Assembly: GCA_051362555.1 (NCBI GenBank)
Contig: CM120640.1
Coordinates: 70,658,788 to 70,722,787 of the forward strand
DNA length: 64,000 nt
Direction of reading: 5' to 3'
Origin: Lingula anatina
Taxonomy: Eukaryota > Animalia > Brachiopoda
The translations under genes were made by a program, and so were the position numbers. Under the pieces are notes generated by a model. The model had not been told where the DNA came from, searched no databases, and saw only the letters and a list, made by a program, of their open reading frames with translations. Below, piece by piece: positions 13,461-29,600 of this stretch (its first letter is position 1; every line of letters begins with the position of its first letter).

Positions 13461-15100
13461 CCAAATTAAATTTCAAAGGGTGTAATCACAGGACAGACAA
13501 TTTGTTCTTTTATTCAAGATATCACAAAAAACTACTGATAACGCGATCTGCAACGGGTCAAAGGAAAGAAAAAGATTTCTTGTCGGGGCTGTAAATGTAA
13601 AGTAGCCTGCCCCAGATTGAATAATGTTTTTATGCACGAGAGTATTTTATAAGACAAATGATTTTGCCAACAAATAAGACTCATTATATCGTGTTACTGA
13701 TCTGCTAAATTATTTTAATATAATGGAAAATATGAAGAGGACGGGCAGATCAGAATGCCCAGTCTCTGATTATGATGTCACAATTGACTGCAAGTGCTTA
13801 GAAATTTCTGCAGTCAGTATTGACACCATCGCCAGGGGGCGCATACACTTCGGTCTACATGGAAAGTGCCCACTTTGGTGCTACATGTAGGTTACTCCAA
13901 ATTTCAAATGAACCATTTTATCGCAGAACTATTTTCAGTCATCAATATTGAAAGCAGTCATTAGATTATTATTGTTGAAGAGATAAAATCTGGAATGAGT
14001 GGAATGTCTTGATTTATGTTTTTGACTTTAACAATTTCGGTGATATGACAAATTGAACGGGTTCTATTTAAGCTAATGAAACTTCAAATATATTTAATCT
14101 TTACACTGAAAAACGGTCTGAAATAAGCAGTGAGATAGTGAATATACCAATACCTAAATCTCTCTCACTCCCATATTGACATTTGTTCAGCGATTTTCAA
14201 AATTTTTTGAATAATGGAAGAGACACAAAGGTATGTGTTGAATGACGTGAAAGTGTTGAAACCCCGGAAAAAGCAGGATAGTCGAAATAAACCCCGATTG
14301 TTGTATCAAAACGCAAAAGGGTGTATGTGTGCCTACCCTTTGTGCAAGTTAAACGGCGTTTGGAAATTTACCAAGCGTATATGTACAGTGATATATAATG
14401 AGGTATTTATAGTGAACCTTGCAAAACCTGGGATACCAAGACAGACGTCATCAATATTAAACCTTGATTTGTTTACGCACGAACATATTCTCAAAGTCAG
14501 TTTTTGAACAGCTTTAACTATAAAAGTGCTGCATCGATTGAATGTATATTTAATTCCCGAAGAGGACTTACGTTTTTGTTAAGAAGTCATTTTTATATTT
14601 TTTATTTCTTAAAATTCCAAAGTAATTTACGATTATTAATCACATTTGTCCTCTTAAGGAATTTTCTAGCAATTTTCGTGACGAACGCTATTAGTTGTGA
14701 CCCGTGTATTCAGGACAAGGGTATTTACTTTGAAAAAAATGTTTAAGAGGTCAATGCATTGTCTTAGCATACAGAATGACGTCGTTTAGAGTTCGCTTTA
14801 TTTCATATGTGCCACGCAGGGCGAAAAAAAAAGGAAAGAAAAAAGAAAAGATGGCGACAGAGGCATACTAGACTCCATGTACCTTGTTGCACAACAAAAG
14901 CTGAACTTAGTCAAATCCGGACAGGGGTTGTTTTTTAAACTGACGGTAATGGTTGATAAAATCGTAAAATTTCCGATTGTTTACGTAAAAGAAATGCGCA
15001 GTTTTAGATGCCATGAAAGCCATTGGGGACCACCGACTGGCGGGACCACCGACTGGCGGGACGGAGATCGATGAGAGAGGAAAAGAGCGAGGTTCATCAT

Positions 15101-15160
15101 CTGTAAGTTAACCTTAGTCCCAGGAGAGAATGTGGGGCTCCGGGCCTAAGTTAACTTATC
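15101..15160. repeat. Short dispersed palindrome, copy 4
   Basis: CTGTAAGTTAACCTTAGTCCCAGG ... CCGGGCCTAAGTTAACTTATC. Confidence 0.7.
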
Positions 15161-16383
15161 TGTGGTACAGCCTCTTACTACTCTAAATCAGAAGATGACA
15201 GACACATACACAGTTTGGCGGGGGGATCATGTATGCAGATGAAAAGAGAGGTGGACACATATGCCCAGCTGGTCAACAATACTGGACAGTTTCCGTGCAC
15301 GTGGAGGCAATCCAAGTGCAAAGTCGGAAGAAGAACTGGTTTGATAATCATTTGTGTCTTTTATTATATTTAACCTGTATTTTTCATTACATTGCACAGA
15401 TTAGACTTGATGTTTTGGATGGTTTGTTAGTTAATTTGTTGAACAAAAATATCTTGCGATTCAACCAGGCTGGTGAGCTGAGAATAGCAGCAATAAACCT
15501 CAACTCCCTCTACCGATGTTGCTTGTGGAAATTTTTAAGTTACTCCGAGGCAAGAGAAGTAAGTCTCTTCCCATGTCCCATGACGTGGCTGCTTGAAAGT
15601 GAGGCGATGGGCGAAAAAAAACATTTGAGGCGTCATCTGAGTCACACTTTTTCTGTCCTCCGGGTATTTAGACATATCTATAATCAGACGTTTTACTACG
15701 TATGGTATAAAGATATCTTGACGTTCTCAACGCCTATTGGTTCCTTCTGACCCGTAAATCAACGTCTAAACAAGTATTATCTTAAACCGGCAATCGGCCA
15801 AAAAGACAACAGACTAATATCATTTTAAACCGACAATCGGCCTCAAATGTATCATTAGACATGCAAATTGCGGAGGCATCGTTGTACGGTCAGCTTTATT
15901 TACAATAATATAAGATATTGGTGATTTGTGCACTGTCACATATGGAGAGTTTTTCCCAACGAGATCTCTTCAAAAGACAGCAGTTCAACTGTAACTACAG
16001 TCATTCTCCGTGTCATCATCTCAGGATCCCTCAATAGTAAAAAGCATTTTTTCGTGCCTTCTACTGTTAAGTAACCAGCAAAGCAGCTGACAGAAGACTT
16101 AAAATTACATTAAAATTTACAACAGAAATCGCGTGTTCATGCTGATCTCCCAGGTACGAACCGAGATTGTTGACCGTTTGTTCCTTTTAGAAAAGGAAGC
16201 TGACATTAGAAGTTTACATTTCCTAAACAAAGTTAACTTGCTTTCACAAAATGTTTGCAGTTGCACGGCTCTCTGTTTTCGTGCTTCTCTTTTAACCCCA
16301 TATTCAGAGGGTCGGTGGGGTCGGCGTTGTCGATGAACAGAATTTACTCGTGCTCCTACGCGGCGGCTGCCACCCCTGGTGTT

Positions 16384-16982
16384 TCAAGGTGAGCAGAACG
16401 ACAGACATCTTCCAAGCTGTACACATGATGCTTTCTTTTCCTCGCTGTACAATAAGTTTCTCTGAAAATATTTGAAAGCGTTGAAGGACGCAATGTTTGA
16501 GCGTAAGGTACAGGTCATACGCTTATCATTTCAAAATCCCCAAAATTGACTTGGTGATAAAATATACCCGATATATAATTTACCCGATACAGAGATTACC
16601 CTGGAAATAACTGCCATTAAGAAGTCAAAGGCCAACCTACCTCTTTTTTGGTCAAAATGTCAAAGTACCGGTAGCGTGCGCTGTCGTCCAACTTCAGTGT
16701 GGGCTCATCGCATACCGCCTTCAATAAAAGCTGGCACGTGGATCCGTAGTTGAACGCTCGGCAGCCACTGGTAACTAGGCACTTCAAAGCGCAACCTACA
16801 GCTGAAATGTTTTGAATTTCTTGTAAAACTAACGCACTGTCGCTCAACATGCGGTTCGTTCTTCCAGACGAGCTGGAGAAAGTGAAGGAACGCACTTTTA
16901 CTGGTGTCACCAAACGCAATGCCGCGAAGACAAATGCAACAGTGGTGACATATACGACAGCCGACTTCAAAATTGTAATCAT
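16384..16982 (-). CDS. Small secreted PAN/apple-domain-like protein, ~139 aa, 2 exons
   Basis: Exon 1 16982-16641: hydrophobic N-terminus, then SAVGCALKCLVTSGCRAFNYGSTCQL (CxxxC...C..F...C.L PAN-type pattern); donor GAG|GTAGGT; exon 2 16461-16384 after TTTTCAG, in frame RNLLYSEEKKASCVQLGRCLSFCSP*. Confidence 0.7.
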
Positions 16983-17760
16983 GGTTAACTCAAATTATTC
17001 TGCTTTGTAGAGATCAAACTGACTTAGTTCTTGATCCGATTGCAATTCTCTGAGGATTGAAAATTTGGATGAACTGTTTATTCCATACTCATGGGAAAAA
17101 GCCATATGGCAATCTCAGCGTCTTGATTTATGCACTTTAATAAAAGATAACACTTACAGTGGAATCGAATAATTTTAATGATAAGAGGTTGTTTCTCGGA
17201 AATAAGGACCACCCATTAAACAGATGTAGCTTTAATTGCTAAGGAATGTTTTATAGGTTTCGTTAATTACAGCATTTAGTTTTTTAATTCCACAAATCGG
17301 ATGATTTGTTTCTCCTTTCAACTGTATGCTTGAGTTTTATAACAAACAATATTTACTCTGAGAATCCATGTATTAGATTTTATTGAACTTCAACTTTAAC
17401 AGCTATATACACAATGGAAATCATTCGATCCGGCATAAATGTATTAATATTTGTAAACACATTTATATAATTACTCGTTCATCATGCAAATGTACACGCT
17501 TTACACTGCGAATACGTAGTAAACGGCGAAATTGTAACTTACATCTTAAACATTATCAGAAATAATACCACCAGGAAACACGCTTCTTCACAACCAGGTT
17601 TTAGTATAAATACATAGATACTCGCTGCTCACCATCACCAATGAAGTTCTACCAGTGATCAAAAGCCACTAGTATCAAAGAAAGTCAAATTTCACAAACT
17701 CATTCACAGTTGTATTAAAATGTATTGTCATAAATCTAGCTTTGAAGCCGTGGAGTTCTT

Positions 17761-19219
<1,459 letters not shown>

Positions 19220-20016
19220 CTAATATCAATCAAGGCTATTTGGTCAAAAACACAAGCAGTGCCCTCTGCTATCAAGTCCCGACAAAGGTGTTAAAATATT
19301 GAACTCTGATTTTAAAATGACAGTTTTTACCTGGACAGTCTTTTTTAAAGCCATCTGTGTCACAAGGACATCTTAATGACCTTTCACTCACTTCCATATG
19401 TGGGCAAAATGATTGAACGCAGCGAATTAATATTATGGGAAGAGATGAATATACAAGTTGTTTCCGAACACAGCTGGTATTTGCCCCAATCAAATCTCAT
19501 GCAATAGGAAATACTTTTTCCACGCGCCATATGTTCTACAAACCTGGTACCACCCATTAAAAAGATTTGATGAAGTTCTGTAATCATCTGATAGCGACGA
19601 TACTTTGATTGTTCATAAATCTGGATACAAAGTGATGGAACCAAGTATACACTGTATATACAAGTATACACTGAATATTTTCTAATCATTAATTCCATCT
19701 CGTTATCAGTGGTCAGGGATCCGTTCGAAGGAAATGGCTGGACCGTACTTCATTTTCCTTTTTTCACACATCTTTCATTTGAATTCTAATTAGGCATTGC
19801 TCAAAATCTGAAGAGTTGTCTGCGCGAGGTATTATAATCCGATGACAAGAGAACGAGATGGTTCACTGTCATTGCCTGTTCAATACAAGTTCCAAGGACG
19901 CATATTTCAAGCGACTCTTTACCCCCCACCTCCCTCCACTACCCCCACCCCAACCTCCGAGCCCAACGTTAATGCAACTCGTGGAACGGGAGAGGTTGGT
20001 ACCTCTCGAGATCTTA

Positions 20017-20231
20017 GACCCCATTTCCAGAGATTAGATCGATCTACTTTAGATCGACCTAACTCCCTGGGGGTTTACGCTAAATAGCTGTCAGCCGGGC
20101 GGACACGAAAGTTAATTACCCCCTTACAGCTTGTAGTTGGCGGGACGGACATTTAAGCCGGATTATCTGACAGTAATCAAGTGAGATTCCCCGCGGGGAT
20201 AGATCGATCTAAAAGCTCTGGGAATACAGCC
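20017..20231. mobile_element. PIF/Harbinger-like MITE, copy A
   Basis: TIRs GACCCCATTTCCAGAGATTAGATCGATCTA / TAGATCGATCTAAAAGCTCTGGGAATACAGCC; TTA on both sides (20014-16, 20232-34); second copy at 57964. Confidence 0.8.
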
Positions 20232-20558
20232 TTAGAGGTAAATGTCTTAAATAATTGTTGACCATTCCGTGACATAACTTCATTGTATGCCAAGCTACAA
20301 CATGAACACCTCATTAGTGGTCACTGGTATTAGATCTAACGAACCCCGGGTTATGATGGCGATTGGATGACAATGCTGATCGTGAGGAAGAAATTCAGAA
20401 GGAACTGGGGGAGAGGTTTGGGAGCGGCGTTCTGACTACGTTAACTGAACATGACACTGGGTATTGAGGGGAACTTGACAAAACCGCAATCACATCCCAT
20501 TAAAAGAAATATTTTGCACGAATAATTCGTTCTATACAAATTTTACAGTTTGAATTAA

Positions 20559-21069
20559 AGGGATAACAACTGTTCATTTTGGCCAAAACATTTTCCTGTG
20601 GTAAAGGACAATTTCCCCATACTTACCAATGGTTAATGAATCTATTTCGACATTTAAAATTAGTCCCCGTTTTTTTTCTAAAAAGTTTGTTTTTTGTAAC
20701 AATCTCTTAAAAACGGGGGAGAGATTATTACAGAGTGTAGCCATCTATGGAGGTCACGTGATGTGATGGCAAACACAAATTCCAAAATAATTGCGAACCG
20801 CCGTTTTGGGGGTAAAATAGGATTGATTGTATTTCTATGAGTTATTTACAATATATTTATTGTGAAATATGGTTATCTTACAAACAGTTGTTATCGCTTT
20901 AATTTCAATCGCTCATCAGTCATTACGAACACAAACTTAAATGACCCAATACGCAGAGGGGAAAAACAGGAAATGTTACAGATCGCAAACGACTTTCTTT
21001 CAACTTTAAGGCATTTTATTCAACAATATTTCAATCACATTGAATTCATTTAACTGTGTTGTTCTGTTT
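20559..21069. mobile_element. Possible Kolobok-like non-autonomous element
   Basis: TTAA-AGGGATAACAAC ... GTTGTTCTGTTT-TTAA; TIR match is weak. Confidence 0.3.
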
Positions 21070-21956
21070 TTAAGAGTGAAATGATGTGGCCCACGTCACT
21101 TTCTCTAACTTAAAGACATGCTGGCGTTTTCTGAACGTTAAAATAACATAACTGTTAAACAGAAACGGTACTTTTCACCCACACTTCTCTTCAAAATCCT
21201 CTTTAAAATATCAAAAATAGACCAAAATATTTTCCATTTACGTTATTATACAATATTTAAACATCAATGTCTATATATCCTAGTCAGCCATCTCAGTCCG
21301 TCACGTGTCAAGAAGGGACCATTTTAACACCACAATTCAGCACATCAGTCTCTATTTGAAACATAATAAAACTACAATCTAATGACGACATCAGAGGGAT
21401 GTTCTTGGTGTTACTCCAATTTGTTCTTTAACACACAACTGGTCACAGTCACAGCTTTATTACGACAACTGGTCATAAAACATCTGTACCAACTTCTGGC
21501 GTGTGTGTGACGTTCCCTTACAACAGTTAAGTGAAGCTGGGCAGTGTCACACAACTGAGATGTCCCTCATTTCCTGCTTTCCTTTTTAGGTGACAGATAC
21601 AACTGTGACACATACAACTGTGGTAGATAGATCCCAGCCGTGTTGATCTGCACTTTTAATAGCTTGTGTGGAAACTACTTCTTCAGTGAAGACAGTGATG
21701 CTCCTGCTTTACATCAGCTCCCTCTGCTGGCAGCCTTGAAGGGCACAAAGTGTGAGGGGACATCTTCTGTTTACATTCCTACCATTAAATGATGCAGGAC
21801 TGAAAATCATGAGACTTACTTCCATTTTGAAGTAGTTTAACCATGTATGATTCTACTATTCAGACTACTCATAATCTGCCATCCTTCAATGACTGACATT
21901 CTACCACTGACATAAGTCTCATATCCTACCATCCTGCAGTCTCATATCACATCATA

Positions 21957-24900
21957 TCACTTGGACTTCTTTGATGCAGTTATGCTACCCACGGCTGAGA
22001 TGACGGTGGTCTTGGCACCCGTAGAGCTGGTCGTGACGGAGACTACAGGGGGGTTGAGGACAGTGGTGGTGATGACCGTTGGTCTGGCAGTGGACAACAC
22101 CTGGGGCTGGGCGTCCCACTTGCTCTTCCTCTTCTTGTCATCTGGAATGTGGGGATTTTTGTTTCATAAAATGGTGATGATAAATACCATTATTTTAAAA
22201 TTGAATTGAAGGGTTTTTTGAGGTACTTAAGGTGACACACTTAACAAATTTATCATACATATAAGTTCATGTAACTATTTATGCACAATTTGATGTAACT
22301 GGTATTGTCTGATCAATAACTTATTATTCCTAATGATTAACTTGAATAAATTCTCCAAGTTTTATAATAATTACATGACAGAGTAATGATGACTAATGGA
22401 TAAAAATAATTATTAAATTAAAAGCTTCCAGTCATGAAAAGCACTTCTTTCAAGTTTCAATGCAACAGAACACATATCATAATTCTTTGCAATAAACTAG
22501 TTTTTACAACTATGTGTACCCTTCCAGTGAAATCAACACGTTTTATCTGATGTTTTATTTTCCTCTATAATCCCAGTTTGAGCATTACCTGGCTCAGTGG
22601 ATTTCTTGGCAGTTCCAACCACAAATTCAACCTATGTAAAACAATTGTATCAAAAATAATTCCATTATTTTCAATCAATTTCCATTTACATGATAGGTTC
22701 AGGTGATGTGTGGAAAATTAAATTTTTCATCTTACATTTTTATATGACATTAGCAATATTAAGTTTGTTATGGAGACCAATCTGTTAAAAAGATGAGTTA
22801 TGATAATTTCAAAATTACCTTGGTTTTCTCTTTTTTCTCCCTTTCCTTTTTATCCATTTCAACTTTCTGAACCTTAGCTGAATAAGAAAATGATACAAGC
22901 AACTTAAAAACCACATTACTGACAATTTCAGACTCAATGAGTGTCTACTTATTCAAACATATACTGACAGTCAATGAAAATGCATCAGAAAACTTTCTTG
23001 TACTTTTTTACTGAGAATTGATTCCAACCATATATACGGTACAAATACCCTTGTTTGGTCATAAGAGAGTCACCTTGTTTGACTGAATAATGGGTCATAT
23101 TTCACATGAAAACTGTTATTTTCTTAATGTTCCAAAGGAACTTAAAATATTATTTGATAAATACATGATGCGTTTTCATTGACTGTCAGTATACATAGTT
23201 TATTAATGCAAGTAATAATGCAACAAGACTTCTCTTACCTAGCTCATCATAGTATGACTCTTTGCCCCAAAAATGTGGATCAAATATGTCCTGGAAAGAG
23301 AGGAACCACATATGACCAGGAAAAAGACGAAGAATAAACAGTAATTTTACATCAAATTGACATATATTATTCATATTGAAATGCAAAATTGTGAAATATA
23401 CAACTATGTCAACATCTTCATGTGGGTATTGGTTTAACCCTATTAGATATTGTGGAATATCTATGGAAACCCCGAAATGGATAACCTAATACATAATTTT
23501 TTGAAAAAAAAAAAAAGGTCCAATTTATACCACTCCAAATATAACATATTTCAAAGCTGTTAACAGATGAAATTACATATGCCACAGAGCATTTATCATG
23601 TCTCAATATAAGGTTATCTGATAAAGACTTATTAAAAAAACTGTAAAAATTGAGTTTGCATTTTTAACTTGATCAAATAAAATTAAACGGATATTAAAAT
23701 ATTACTCACAGGTGGATAGTTTGTTCCCTTTTCATCTATTTCACAGAATTCTACCAGTTTTGCATATATACTGAAATAGAGCAAGAGATACTGAAAAAAT
23801 AGCCAGTACTTCTCAAGTTACTATGTACTTCTATTGCTGACATAAAAATGCTTCATTTTATCAGTCACAAACTATTTTATATATACTTTTAAAATGGACC
23901 ATTTCTTATTTGAACAAAATCTAAATCTATGTATTCATGTCTGCTCTCTCACAAATGAGCTTGTCACAGTGATGTTTTCAACAACAACAAAGGCTAATTT
24001 TTTAACTAAAGCATACCTTGGATTTCTGAAGTCTTTCTCTCGTTGTATCTTGTCATTCATGTCCACTCCAGTTCTATTCATTAAGTCAAACAAACCTGCA
24101 ATTCTGTCCTGAAAGCAAAATCTTTTCTTTTGAAACAACTAATTTAATCCTGAATTAAAAACAGAACAGATTTCAGAAGTTGGCATCTGTTGACAAATGA
24201 ACTTTAAATAAAATGAATATTGCTCAAAGTATATCTAATTGTCACTAACAAGAAAATTTCTTCAGCTTAATAACTATTTCATCAGTCCAAAACTATTATT
24301 AAAGTTAACACTGTGTCATCAAACAGAAGACACCAGGTGAGTTAATTCAGTAGAAACAATCCTCATGCCACTCCACACACCTGCAACTCTCTGGAGCACC
24401 TGCCTGGAGGCTCTGGGGGAATCTGAATCTCATCTTCACTTAAATGTTGAACACTTCTGGACAAGGAAGCTAAACAGAATATAAGGACAGACATTTACTT
24501 TATTAATATTAATACTGAGGCAAGGGGACTTATAATAGGGTAACCATAATCAAAGATTTTCAAAACAAAATACAATGATGATAATAACAATTTTATAAAA
24601 TAAATTCAATGAATAAATTTAAAAAACATTCCCTGAAATCACATACATATCTGGCCCTTAAATTAAAGACTTAGTGCTATACAATATCTCTTTGATCAGT
24701 TAATGTTTTAGGCACTGAACAACATTATTTGAGAAATGTGTTCTCAGGTCAATTTGACACTCAGTGTTTTAGTACACCTATAATCTTACATGCTGCTAAA
24801 GAGTCCATGGATGCTCCATAGTCAACAACACCCTGCAAAACAAATGAATTTAATAAGTAAAAAATAGAAGAAACATAGCTTTAGAGGAAAAACCTTAGGA

Positions 24901-25567
24901 GATATATCACAGTGCTTACAGGTATGTGTGTTTATATTCATATTTTTGATTAACTAAATAAACATATTAAATAAGAAGTATTTGTAAAAAAAATTGAGTT
25001 TCTATTGACTATGAATCTACCTGCATCTCACTGAGCATTGCCATATCATCATCTTCCTTCTTTTCTTCTTCATCGCTGCTTTCCTCGATTTCATCAGCCG
25101 CGTAGGATACCAACCTGTTCACTGCAATAACAACTCAAATTTATAACCACCAATGGAACACTTATCATTGTCTCAAATTGTAAAACAAAAATTGCTGACA
25201 ATTTAAGAACTTATGAGGGGGGCATTTTACCATGTTTTTGCGATGAATGAATACAATTCCAGGTAGCCTGAAATAAATTCACTTTATACATTAATTTTGA
25301 TGTACTAATAATGTTTAAACATAAATCAGCAACAAATCACAAGATGTGAAGAGACTTACCTTTTTTCGGCTTTTTGACAGGAGGGCCCTCACCGCCCTCA
25401 CCCGAGTCACTCGTCGTCTTAATTGTTAACGGTTGATCATCGCCATGTTCAGAGTCAGAATCTGATATTCTTGTGTCAATTTCTGGTTCCTTTTCGGGAT
25501 CTGAATCAGCGTCAGCATAGGCACTTGCCAGAGACTTAATAGTAGTTTGACTGTCATTTCTCTCCAT
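21957..25567 (-). CDS. SAP30BP: SAP30-binding protein (HCNGP family), ~10 coding exons
   Basis: Exons include 25567-25360, 25121-25021, 24832-24790, ~24469-24381 (EDEIQIPPEPPGRCSRELQ), DRIAGLFD...EKDFRNP, IYAKLVEFCEIDEKGTNYP, DIFDPHFWGKESYYDEL, KVQKVEMDKKE, VEFVVGTAKK, last exon DKKRKSKWDAQ...SKKSK* ending 21957; matches the remembered HCNGP domain. Confidence 0.93.
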
Positions 25568-25599
25568 GTTTGTTACACTGCTCACGGCGTTCAAAATCG

Positions 25600-26165
25600 A
25601 AACGATCTCCCACTTTGAGAGTCAATTTCACTAGTCTTTTGTGATAATGATAGCCGATTTTCAAGGCACTAAAAGAACACCATTTGTCCTGATAAATTCA
25701 ACCACTGAAATTAAACTTGAACATTCTTAGAACCTAGATCTTTTGAATACAATTCCCCGTACACAAACTACACTTACGACTCACACGCTCACAAAACGTT
25801 GGTACCGCATTCTGTCCTTAAAATACAGAAGATCTTAAGTTTTTCTTGACCATTTTCAAATTAATGTGAAAAGTTTTCTGTCATTCGCTCAGTCTGATAG
25901 TAGTGATTAAATTTTGTTATTTCTATTTGCCACTACTATAAATAATATTGTGAAATGTCCTAGGAATATGGATTTTAGTGGAAAACTCCACTTTTCAGAG
26001 TCGCCATCTACAGCATATTTGTCCACATTGCGCACGCATCATTTTGATTACGGTTCGGTGATTCATAAACGTTCTTTATGTTTACATCTGACTACAGTAG
26101 CTTACTGATGAGGTCAGATGTTGTCATTAGGATGACTTGATGCATTTACAATGATGCATAGGTAA
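25600..26165. promoter_or_regulatory. Probable bidirectional promoter of SAP30BP / KIF27
   Basis: Head-to-head ATGs ~1.05 kb apart; locally CpG-rich; CGCCATCT (YY1-like, ~26003) and TGCGCACGCA (NRF1-like, ~26029); donor-like AG|GTAAGG at 26162 for a KIF27 5'UTR exon. Confidence 0.6.
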
Positions 26166-26186
26166 GGATCTTTCTTACATGTGGTA

Positions 26187-26291
<105 letters not shown>

Positions 26292-26619
26292 CGAAAGGTG
26301 TCAGTGGATTACTCTTTCTCATGTTTATGCTTCCCCAACAAAAATAAATAAGTAAAATAAAATAAAATTACAAAGAGAAGAGAGGGAGCTGATTGAAAAT
26401 GCTGCTACATATCATGTTCTCTTGTAAATTTAAGCAACAAGTATTCATGGCATCAGGGATAAGTAAAGATATATTTATTAACAGTAACTTTAAAAACATT
26501 TTGAAAGCATTGACTTATTAGACTTGCTATTATTTTTAAAACACATGCCCATGTTTCAGGCATTTCAGATTATCACTTTACATAAACTCCTGAACAACAC
26601 ACTGTTCAGTTAGAACAAA

Positions 26620-29600
26620 ATGCAAGATCCTGAGGTGAACGTCAAAGTAGCTGTGAGGGTAAGTTCAGACAGAACTGAAACTGCAATAAATAAATAAGTA
26701 AATAAGTAAGTAATATTAATGTTAAATAAAATGCAAAGTGTTTTCCTCTATTGATGACAATTTTGTCACCTAATGGGTCAAAAAAATCTTAACAAGCCTA
26801 AATATATTGCATTAAAAGTTTATATGTACAGTGTACACAATAATTTCAGAATAGACTTTTTAATTTCAAAAATGATGAACAACATTAACTTCTTTGATAG
26901 GTAAGGCCTCTTTTGCCCAAGGAGAAGCTTGGTGGTGAGCAACTATGTGTAAAATTCCCACCAGGCAAAAATCAACTTGTGGTGGGAAAAGACAGGGCTT
27001 TCACTTTTGACCATGTGTTTAATCCAAAGATATCTCAGGTAAGATAGAAATACAAGATACCCAAAGTTACAAATGTACAATTCACAGATTTAAGACCAAT
27101 ATTTCTGATTAATTTCAGTGACAATTATTTGTTTTTGATTGCATCAGAGGAAACTGGGACATCCATTGGCATGGAAATTATTGGCACTAGTTTGTCAATG
27201 AATACAGGGGTGGGACTATATTGGATGTGATTTCACAGCAGCCAGGGTATGGCTGAACATTCATCTTTCAAGTCTGTGGGTTGTAATCTCTGACCCTTGT
27301 TCTTCAGGATGATGTCTATCAGACATGTGTGGATTCCCTGGTGAAGAGCTGCTTTGAGGGCTACAATGCTACTGTCTTTGCATATGGACAGACTGTAAGT
27401 TGTCACTCCTTATGGTCCTATATAGTAGCATAGACCAGTAGTCTGGCATAAATCAGATATCATACCAGCAGAATGAACAGTTCTCTTCTGACTCACATGT
27501 CTCATTCATTACCAAAAATATTTGTCTGGCAGTTATAAATATATCCACTGAATGTTTCATTCTCTTTATGAAAGGGGGCTGGTAAAACCTATACCATGGG
27601 AGGTGGGAACTCGGCCATGCTGTCTGATGATGAAGTTGGTATCATTCCCAGAGCGGTACATGATATGTTCAAGATTAAAAGGGTATGTTTAAAATGCATC
27701 CATAGTTGCTTCTGTTGCTCATCACTTTTATGAATTGACCTTCAGGCAATTTGTAGGCTGTAAGCCAGAATGAATAAAAATTAGTTTACAAAGACAGTGA
27801 ATGCAAATTAGTTGACACAGACAATGAATGAAAATTAGTTGACAAAGATAAGATTTCTTTTTGAGAAAGCTCGGAATAAAAATTGATTTTCCACTCAGTT
27901 GATTCAGTACTGTAATCAATTAATTTGTCCCTGTAGTCCAAACCAGACACCAGTTTTCTGGTGAAGGTGTCTTATGTGGAGATCTACAAGGAGGAGCTAA
28001 GAGACCTGCTAGATGTGGATACTGCCAGTAAAGATATGCACATCAGGGAAGATGAAAGTGGAAACACAGGTATGTATCTAGATAGGGTAAAGGTAATGTG
28101 AAATGTGTTATGAATTGAAAATGAAAGTGCAGTATCTTTGTAATCTTGTAAGTTTGCAGCTGCCTTTTTTAACCAAATAATGACCCTTACACTCACTTTT
28201 GTCAGGTGAATTTAATCAAAGGAATACAGAAGAAACTATCATTAAAGGATATTTTATACACCCATGCCTATTCAGCAATAATTTAGAAGTCATTGTACTT
28301 TATTGGCCAAATAGTAGTTGATACCAGACTTTTTTTTTTCGATTTAATTTTCTTGGTGGTAAACTTTGTAAAGCAACACTCAGACCCCAGTCATAAGACC
28401 ACTGAGCCATGTCTTCCTTCTTCTATATTACCACCCCTAAGTCATATCTGTGCTGCACTGTGTTGTGTTCCATTCCTCAGTGATCTCTGGCCACAGGGAG
28501 GTGGTGTGTGCCACGGAAGATGAGGTCCTCTACTGTCTGGAACATGGCTCTGCTGCCAGACAAACTGGGTCCACACAGATGAATGAACAGTCCAGCAGGT
28601 CACACTCCATCTTTACTGTACTCATTGGTAAGTGAACTGACCACATCCAGCAGGTCACACTCCATCTTCACTGTACTCATTGGTAAGTGAACTGACCACA
28701 TCCAGCATATAGCATGACAGTTGTTGTATTGTTCACATTTTGGTAATGGAGTTCACATGGTTAGAATATCTGCTTGGTACCTACATTGACTAGTACCCCC
28801 TGCTGTCACTAATGATAATGATACTGACTTTTACTAACAGTGAAAGTAGTTGGGTTGACAATTGATAGCTTTACTTTTTCTTTTGTAGTAGAAGTTACAA
28901 GTCAGATATATCCTTTCTTTGTTTGTTTGCTTCTGTTATCCCTTTTTATTGTTTTTATAACACTGGTCAAAAGAATTAACTGAGATCATTAATAGAGTGG
29001 TGCTAGTAATCCTGCTACTGGTCCCATACACTATGATAAACCTGACCATGTTCAACATGCTTGGTTTTAGTTTTATACAAACTCATGTATACATGATTAC
29101 GTATTATTCATGAAAGGTTAAAACTTATTCACATTGTATATAACAATTCTGATGCCGTGAATATATCTGTGAATAGACCAATAGTTTGATTAAACTTCAG
29201 AATTGCTCAATACAGTGTAAATAAGTTTAAACTGTCCTGAATAATAATGGTTGGTTTTATTTGCATGGGGTTTTTATTTTGCTACTAGAACAAAGATGGG
29301 CTGAGGACTTGGCACTAACTGATAGGACTTCAGGGCGCAGGGACAGCGGCAGCAGTGAGATGGACGAGAATGGAGGTAGGTTGTCCACTGGAAGGGATAG
29401 TGGATGATTTGGGTGGTGGTTTGTTGGGAGGGGGGGGGGGGGTGAGCACTTGGCATGCCAGGAATGCATAGTGTATGTTCTATGGGGGTGGAGGTGGGGG
29501 TTGTACACTTTGCATGCCAGGAAGGAATGATGTAGTGTGGGGGTTGTTCACTTCACATGGTGTATGCTATGCTATATGGCACTCCCCCTTTCCTTATCTC

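Noticed and set aside
15229-15750. 173-aa + strand ORF
   Set aside because: No recognisable motif, splice context or coding-like composition.
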